In this document: one piece after another, positions 26,593-32,000 of the stretch
Numbering within the stretch: the stretch's first letter is position 1
Layout of the letters: each line of letters starts with the position of its first letter
Source of the DNA: Ktedonobacterales bacterium
GTDB taxonomy: Bacteria; Chloroflexota; Ktedonobacteria; Ktedonobacterales; JADMIN01
Direction of reading: 5' to 3'
Assembly (NCBI GenBank): GCA_030167145.1
Contig: CP126532.1
Coordinates: 720,001 to 752,000, forward strand
DNA length: 32,000 bases
The notes under the pieces: generated by a model
Seen by the model: only the letters and a program-made list of their open reading frames with translations
Databases searched by the model: none
What the model was told of the DNA's origin: nothing
Program-made: the position numbers and the translations under genes

Positions 26593-27906
26593 TCACGGCT
26601 GCGGCTGTGCCAGGTCGTTGCGGCGTACCGGCTGCAACCAGAGCGATGCGTGTTCTGGCTGCATCGTCTCCTCCACCACCTGCACCAGACTCTCCGAGAG
26701 CGCCGCTAGCTCGACCTCCTGGCGCAAGGTGGCGCTGAAGCGTTCCAACGTTTGCCGCGCGTCGTACTTGCGGCGGTAGAAGCGGCGGTCAATCACCGAC
26801 TGGATGCGGCGGCGCAACGGCTGGAACAGCGCGGCAATGGCCAGGGTGGTGATAACGATCACAAGCGGTGAATTCTCGCTGCCGTGGGATTGCGTCAATC
26901 CGTTGACCATCGCCTGCAAGCCGACAACCCCCGCGACATAGACGAGCGCCAGAACAACGGTGAGCGAGCCGTACACCAACGCCCGATTGACGATGACATC
27001 AATGTCATACAGGCGATAGCGCAAAATGGCGATCCCGAAGCAGACCGCCAGAATGACGATCATCAAGAAGCTATCTGGACCAGCAAGAAGTGGAAAGAGC
27101 GAGTCGGGCCGCTGCAGCGCAGGGATCCACGCGGCGGGCTGCCAATATGCCTGATTCACCACCAACGTGAGGACCAGGCCGTAGACCGCCCACTTGGTTT
27201 GCTGACGCTGTACCGGGGTAGAGATACGCCGGTAGCGATAGATCTGACCGACGATAAGACATAGAAAGGAGATTAGGATTGTAGCCAAGGTGATCGCATC
27301 AGGGAGCAGATTGCCGAGGAGTCCGCTCGCGATCAGCACCGGCACGACAGTCGGCAGCCACAGCCAGCGCGGCACGAAGCGTCCACTTGGAAAGATAGCA
27401 ACCAGAAGATATATGGTGACAAAGCCAGCTATACTATATAACTGTCCGATTGGCTGCGCTATACTTCCCAGTCCCATCCCTACCGGCGTAAAGTTGACCG
27501 GCATCAGCACCAGCGTCAGCGCCACCAGCAGCGCCATCCAGTCGTCGGAGCGCCGCCAGATTAGCACCGCCGCCACCCCACTAACCAGCAGGATCGTGAG
27601 ATACGACAACACAGCCACCGCCAGCGCCAGCGCATTTGGCGTGATGCCCAGCTTCGCCAGCGGCGCAACCTGCTCTGGAGAGATGATGCATGAATTGGAT
27701 GGATCGGCGCAGGGAGTGGCAAGACGGGGCATGAGACCAGGAAATGCGAGCAGATATAGCCCGATGGTAGAGCCTATCGCCGCGAACACGATGGCGCGGA
27801 CGGCCACCAGCCACGTGCCGTGCAGGCGCGTATCATGGGGTTCATTCCCGATAACGCCAGTGGGGATCGCTACCTGCGCATGGTGCGCCTGATCTGGCTG
27901 ACTCAT
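26593..27906 (-). CDS. hypothetical polytopic membrane protein with conserved cytoplasmic C-terminal helix (IDRRFYRRKYDA)
   Basis: The product has about ten hydrophobic segments. A GGAGG RBS precedes ATG 27906 (MSQPDQ...). The C-terminal segment resembles the juxtamembrane linker seen in some sensor proteins, but no kinase or output domain follows. Confidence 0.65.
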   Translation of the reverse strand: MSQPDQAHHAQVAIPTGVIGNEPHDTRLHGTWLVAVRAIVFAAIGSTIGLYLLAFPGLMPRLATPCADPSNSCIISPEQVAPLAKLGITPNALALAVAVLSYLTILLVSGVAAVLIWRRSDDWMALLVALTLVLMPVNFTPVGMGLGSIAQPIGQLYSIAGFVTIYLLVAIFPSGRFVPRWLWLPTVVPVLIASGLLGNLLPDAITLATILISFLCLIVGQIYRYRRISTPVQRQQTKWAVYGLVLTLVVNQAYWQPAAWIPALQRPDSLFPLLAGPDSFLMIVILAVCFGIAILRYRLYDIDVIVNRALVYGSLTVVLALVYVAGVVGLQAMVNGLTQSHGSENSPLVIVITTLAIAALFQPLRRRIQSVIDRRFYRRKYDARQTLERFSATLRQEVELAALSESLVQVVEETMQPEHASLWLQPVRRNDLAQPQP

Positions 27907-28239
27907 CAACAATCCTCCGCGAGCGTCGTCTACTGGCCGCCTCTGTGACCCATGCACATACGCTCATGTACTGGGGCCAGTATACTCATCTCACGTCTCC
28001 CAAACGTTACGAACATCGTTACAGCGGAAGGCGCCTCATCCATCGCGGCCTTCCAGGCACGTAGACTCGCCAGGCTACCACCGCGACGCCGTGCGCCAAA
28101 CGTGTCATCCCGGCGCGCGGATGTGACACAGTGGTGATGTCGCCACCGCATGCTCGTATGATGACGGTGAAGGCGCCATAGCAGCATCTCCATAGAACAT
28201 GTCACAAGGGGGTTTTCGCATGCTTGGGAGGACTTCACG

Positions 28240-29385
28240 ATGACCGCTGACCACACTGACTCCGCACAGTCCATTGAGCGCTATCGCACCAATCTGCGTG
28301 AGGAACAGGAAGGGGCAGCGCTCTATCACATGCTGGCGCAGGCTGAGAAGAATACACAACTCGCGGAAATCTATCGCAAACTGGCGGAGGTCGAGCAGCG
28401 CCACGCCCATGTTTGGGAAGAGCGGTTGCGCGCCGCGGGTGAGCATGTCACGCCGTATACGCCGAACTGGCGCATACGTACACTGGGCTGGCTGGCGCAA
28501 CGTTTCGGCGCGGGTGCGGTGCTGCCTATCGTCTCTTCGATGGAACGCGACGCGGCGCACAACTACGACGGCCAACCCGAAGCGCGCGCCGCCGGTATGC
28601 CTGCCGATGAACGCTCGCATGCCCGCGTATTCCAGTATCTGCAGCGCACCACGCCAGGCGGCGTCCCTGGTTCGATGCTAGCCCAACTCGAAGGCCGCCA
28701 TCGCAACACCGGTGGTGGCAATGCGCTGCGTGCTGCCGTGTTAGGCTCAAGCGATGGCCTGACCTCCAATCTGAGCCTCGTTATGGGCGTCGCTGGCGCC
28801 AGCCTCCCTGGCCATGCGATTCTGCTCACCGGCCTTGCGGGCATGCTCGCGGGCGCGCTTTCGATGGCCATTGGCGAGTGGCTCTCGGTGCAGAGCGCCC
28901 GCGAACTGTACGGACACCAGATCAGCGTCGAGCAGCAGGAACTCGAAGAAGTGCCCGATGAAGAACGTGAGGAGTTGGCGCTGATCTACCAAGCCAAGGG
29001 TATCGAAGCGAGCGCCGCCAACGCATTGGCGGACCGCATCCTCAGCGATAAAGCAACGGCTCTCGATACGCTTGCCCGTGAAGAATTGGGCATTGATCCC
29101 GAAGAACTGGGCGGCTCTGCCTGGGAAGCCGCCATCGCCTCATTCCTGCTCTTCACCGTCGGCGCGATTGTGCCAGTCATCCCGTTTGCCTTCGCCAGTG
29201 GCTTCGGCGCGGTTCTCATCAGTCTGCTACTCAGCGCTGGCGGCCTGTTCTTGATCGGCGCGGGCATCACCCTCACCACCGGCACCCCGCTGCTCAAGGC
29301 CGGTGTGCGCCAGATGGTGATGGGCCTAGCAGCAGCGGCGATCACCTTCGGCCTGGGCAGGCTCGTCGGCGGTATAGCCAGCTAG
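28240..29385 (+). CDS. VIT1/CCC1-family iron/manganese transporter with N-terminal ferritin-like (erythrin) domain
   Basis: The N-terminal four-helix, ferritin-like region has E..H pairs (EEQEGAALYH, EVEQRHAHVWE, ADERSHARVF). The VIT1 membrane core follows (AAVLGSSDGLTSNLSLVMGVAG ... five TM segments). A GGGAGGA RBS precedes the start. Confidence 0.85.
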   Translation: MTADHTDSAQSIERYRTNLREEQEGAALYHMLAQAEKNTQLAEIYRKLAEVEQRHAHVWEERLRAAGEHVTPYTPNWRIRTLGWLAQRFGAGAVLPIVSSMERDAAHNYDGQPEARAAGMPADERSHARVFQYLQRTTPGGVPGSMLAQLEGRHRNTGGGNALRAAVLGSSDGLTSNLSLVMGVAGASLPGHAILLTGLAGMLAGALSMAIGEWLSVQSARELYGHQISVEQQELEEVPDEEREELALIYQAKGIEASAANALADRILSDKATALDTLAREELGIDPEELGGSAWEAAIASFLLFTVGAIVPVIPFAFASGFGAVLISLLLSAGGLFLIGAGITLTTGTPLLKAGVRQMVMGLAAAAITFGLGRLVGGIAS

Positions 29386-29448
29386 GTCTGCACGACGATT
29401 CCCACGCTTGCCCTTCCCAGCCAATAGTCAACACTATTTTAATCACTC

Positions 29449-29506
29449 TTGACTAATATGCATGCACCGGATTATCATCTACTCGCATAGTCAAACATGA
29501 CTATGC
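29449..29506 (+). promoter_or_regulatory. candidate sigma70-type promoter and palindromic operator upstream of the MacB-like ABC pair
   Basis: The -35 TTGACT (29449-29454) and -10 TATCAT (29473-29478) are separated by an 18-nt spacer. A perfect inverted repeat GCATAGTCA-AACA-TGACTATGC lies at 29485-29506. TGACTA/TAGTCA and ATGCATG words recur in an AT-rich island. Confidence 0.4.
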
Positions 29507-29549
29507 ATGAGTGACTAACTGACGTGCAGACTAGAGAGGATTCCCAACA

Positions 29550-30662
29550 ATGTTCCTCGCGCTACGTGAACTGCGCCACTCGCGACTCCGCTATGGCCTG
29601 ATCGGGGCGATTCTCGCGCTGGTCGCCTGGCTCGTCTTTCTGCTCTCCGGGCTGGCGAACGGTCTCGCCACCGATAATGGCTCGGCGATCCAGCATCTCA
29701 ACGCCGATTATGTCGTCTTTCAATCCGGCGCGCGTACCCTGCTGCACCGCTCGATCCTACCCATGCAGACGGTGCAGGCGGTGAAACAGGTTTCCGGCGT
29801 GCAAGATGCTGCGCCTTTGGGCCAGTTCACCATCACCGTGCAGCGTGTGGGCAGCAGCGAGCAGATTGACGCGACGGTGCTCGCGATTGACCCAACGAGC
29901 TTCCTGGCGCCTCCCATCATCACCGGAACCGGACTGGACAGCGCCAATCAGAACGGCGTCGTGCTGGATCGCACCGCCCAGCGCCATGGTGTCAAACTGG
30001 GCGATACGCTTAAGGTCATGCCCGCCGGACAGGAAATGACCGTGGTGGGCTTCACCGAAGGCCAGACCTACAGCCACCTGCCTGTAATCTACATGGATAT
30101 TCCTCTGTGGCAGTCGCTACGCTTCGCTGCCCCTGGTTCAGCGGGCGCCATCACCGACCCCATCAGCGCGGTGGCCGTCAAGATGGATAGCGCGGCAGCG
30201 GCTCGCGTCGCGGCGGATGTCCCTGGCGTCGAAGTCGCCACCAAGGACAGCACCTTGCAGAATCTCCCCGGCTATAAAGAAGAGACCGGCTCGGTCAACA
30301 TGATTCAGGCCTTCCTCTTCATCATCGCCGCGTTCATTATGGCTGCATTCTTCTACGTGCTCACGTTGCAGAAAAGCAACCAGTTTGGTGTGCTCAAGGC
30401 ACTCGGCGCGAGCACTCGCTTCCTTGCGCGTGACCTCGTGGGACAGGTGCTGCTGATGACCATCGTCGGCGTCATCGTGGGCGCGCTGCTCTCCTACGCA
30501 GTTGCCGCGATCATTCCCGCAGCCGTTCCCTTCGCGCTCAGCACTGGTCTGGTTGTGGTCTACGGCGGTGTGCTGCTGCTGGTCGCGCTGGCGGGAACCC
30601 TGCTCTCGCTATTCCAGATCGCCAGGGTTGATGCGCTCGTTGCTATCGGAAGGGTGGACTAA
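29550..30662 (+). CDS. ABC transporter permease, FtsX/MacB-like (single module)
   Basis: The product has an N-terminal TM (LRYGLIGAILALVAWLVFLL), a ~230-aa extracytoplasmic domain and a C-terminal FtsX 3-TM bundle (KALGAS motif). It appears translationally coupled to the downstream ATPase. Confidence 0.85.
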   Translation: MFLALRELRHSRLRYGLIGAILALVAWLVFLLSGLANGLATDNGSAIQHLNADYVVFQSGARTLLHRSILPMQTVQAVKQVSGVQDAAPLGQFTITVQRVGSSEQIDATVLAIDPTSFLAPPIITGTGLDSANQNGVVLDRTAQRHGVKLGDTLKVMPAGQEMTVVGFTEGQTYSHLPVIYMDIPLWQSLRFAAPGSAGAITDPISAVAVKMDSAAAARVAADVPGVEVATKDSTLQNLPGYKEETGSVNMIQAFLFIIAAFIMAAFFYVLTLQKSNQFGVLKALGASTRFLARDLVGQVLLMTIVGVIVGALLSYAVAAIIPAAVPFALSTGLVVVYGGVLLLVALAGTLLSLFQIARVDALVAIGRVD

Positions 30663-30664
30663 CC

Positions 30665-31357
30665 ATGGATAAACTGCTACTCGAAAATGTCTCGAAGGTC
30701 TACGGTAGTGGCGAAAATGCCGTCACCGCGCTCGATGCCGTCTCGCTCACTGTACGCGAAGGCGAATTCGTCGCCGTCGTCGGCCCATCCGGCTCAGGCA
30801 AGACCACGCTGCTCGCCCTGACCGGCGCGTTGCTGCTGCCCACCAGCGGCACGATCACGCTGAACGGCGAAGATACCAAGCGGCTGGCCCCATCGGCGCT
30901 GGCAAAGTTCCGGCTGGAGCATATCGGCTTTGTGTTGCAGTCCTCGAATCTGGTGCCATACCTCACCGCCCGTGACCAGCTCTTGCTGGTGGCTGAATTG
31001 GCGGGCAAACGCGACAAAGCCGCGCACGCCCGCGCCACCCACCTGCTCGATGCGTTGGGACTCAGCAAGCGTCATCATCACTACCCCGAGGCCCTCTCCG
31101 GTGGTGAGCGCCAGCGCGTCGCCATCGCCCGCGCGCTGATGAATGACCCCGATGTGCTGCTCGCCGACGAGCCAACCGCCAACCTCGATTCCGTGCGCGG
31201 ACGCGAGGCGGTGCAGATGCTGGCGGCGCAGGTGCGCACATCCCACAAAGCCGCCATCATGGTCACCCACGATGAGCGTATGCTGGACCTCTGCGACCGC
31301 GTCGTCCGCATCGCCGATGGCCGCCTCAGCGATGCTCCCATGACCGCGCGCCACTAA
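30665..31357 (+). CDS. ABC transporter ATP-binding protein (MacB/LolD-type)
   Basis: It has Walker A GPSGSGKTT, the signature LSGGERQRVAIARAL, Walker B VLLADEPTANLD and an H-loop VTHD. It starts 2 nt after the permease stop. Confidence 0.95.
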   Translation: MDKLLLENVSKVYGSGENAVTALDAVSLTVREGEFVAVVGPSGSGKTTLLALTGALLLPTSGTITLNGEDTKRLAPSALAKFRLEHIGFVLQSSNLVPYLTARDQLLLVAELAGKRDKAAHARATHLLDALGLSKRHHHYPEALSGGERQRVAIARALMNDPDVLLADEPTANLDSVRGREAVQMLAAQVRTSHKAAIMVTHDERMLDLCDRVVRIADGRLSDAPMTARH

Positions 31358-31470
31358 GCTCGTGTATAAACCCGCAAATCTAGCCCAAGGTATCGGCACA
31401 GGTACACGGGCGGGAGTGTGGCATCCTGAGTAGCCCACTCTTGGCATCCTATTCCTGACGAATCCTCGCG

Positions 31471-32000
31471 ATGAACGCGGATGGTACACTATTGAGCATG
31501 ATTACACGTGACGAATTGCGCGCCGCAACACACGCGGAAGCGCCTGTTCTTGGCATGCGCGATACCTTTGATGGTTTCGCGCACGATTCACGCGCGGTGC
31601 TGCCGGGCGAATGCTTTGTCGCTGTGCGTGGCATGCACGGCGATGGACACGACTATGCGCAAGACGCTATCGAACGCGGCGCGGCAGCGCTGCTCGTCGA
31701 ACGCGGATGGCTTGAACACAGTGAGGCATCTGGCGTCAGTATTCTGGAGCATGCTCGTCGTGCGGATGTCACCGTGTTTGCCGTTGAGGATACGAGGGCA
31801 GCGCTCATCCGCTACGCCGCGGACGTGCTGGCGCGGTGGCAGCCAAAAGTGATTGCCGTCACCGGCAGCGTGGGCAAGACCACCACCAAGGAAGCCATCG
31901 CCGACGTGCTTGCGGTGCAAGCGCCAACGTTTCGATCCTGGCAGAACTACAACGATCTGCTCGGCATCCCGCTCTCATTGGGGCGGCTCGAATCCACGCA
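31471..32000 (+). CDS. murF: UDP-N-acetylmuramoyl-tripeptide--D-alanyl-D-alanine ligase (3'-partial, runs off window)
   Basis: This frame is missing from the track because no stop occurs before the window end. My translation gives ...DSRAVLPGECFVAVRGMHGDGHDYAQDAIERGAAALLVE...VIAVTGSVGKTTTKEAIA...NYNDLLGIPLSL, which are typical MurF motifs. The start is ATG 31471 or 31498, and an in-frame TGA lies at 31456. Confidence 0.85.
   Translation, partial: MNADGTLLSMITRDELRAATHAEAPVLGMRDTFDGFAHDSRAVLPGECFVAVRGMHGDGHDYAQDAIERGAAALLVERGWLEHSEASGVSILEHARRADVTVFAVEDTRAALIRYAADVLARWQPKVIAVTGSVGKTTTKEAIADVLAVQAPTFRSWQNYNDLLGIPLSLGRLEST

Noticed and set aside
27907-28239. yybP-ykoY Mn riboswitch or Fur/IdeR box upstream of the VIT1 gene
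   Set aside because: I found no match to the conserved riboswitch core or to the palindromic metalloregulator boxes I know. This remains only a low-interest open question.
1-32000. tRNA, rRNA, integrase/transposase or prophage boundaries
   Set aside because: No cloverleaf-compatible sequence was seen in the intergenic gaps I read. No recombinase-like translation appears in any frame of the track.

Overview
This GC-rich bacterial chromosomal segment (judged by eye, not computed) is densely coding on both strands and contains about 30 supportable protein genes. I found no rRNA, tRNA, CRISPR array, integrase or transposase. Housekeeping genes dominate: hisS, mutL, glnA and the 5' end of murF. 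The rest comprises three ABC transport modules, an EamA/DMT transporter, a ferritin-like/VIT1 iron transporter, a four-gene CoxG/S/L/M-type molybdenum hydroxylase cluster, a MerR-type regulator with a divergent small cysteine protein, and several small or hypothetical genes. I do not see a recognisable multi-gene novel system. There are no nuclease/helicase/RT/cas-type gene clusters and no mobile-island boundaries. The least explained signal is a short-repeat family. A 33-bp tandem unit fills the hisS upstream region at 13743-14171, and some units carry a 22-bp GNRA-capped hairpin module. The same hairpin module occurs four times in tandem, in frame, inside the EamA transporter gene at 11697-11806. 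Other points worth a second look:
- a low-complexity protein with six perfect 15-bp (MDPNQ) repeats, divergent from mutL
- an AT-richer orphan SMI1/KNR4 (SUKH) gene
- a DUF1858-Mrp fusion that lacks the canonical Mrp CXXC motif
- a textbook MerR-type long-spacer promoter
- a palindrome-rich, AT-rich promoter island upstream of a MacB-like ABC pair
Many long ORFs in the six-frame track are GC-driven shadow frames and are not annotated. All functional calls rest on motif and family recognition from the translations, because no database search was possible.
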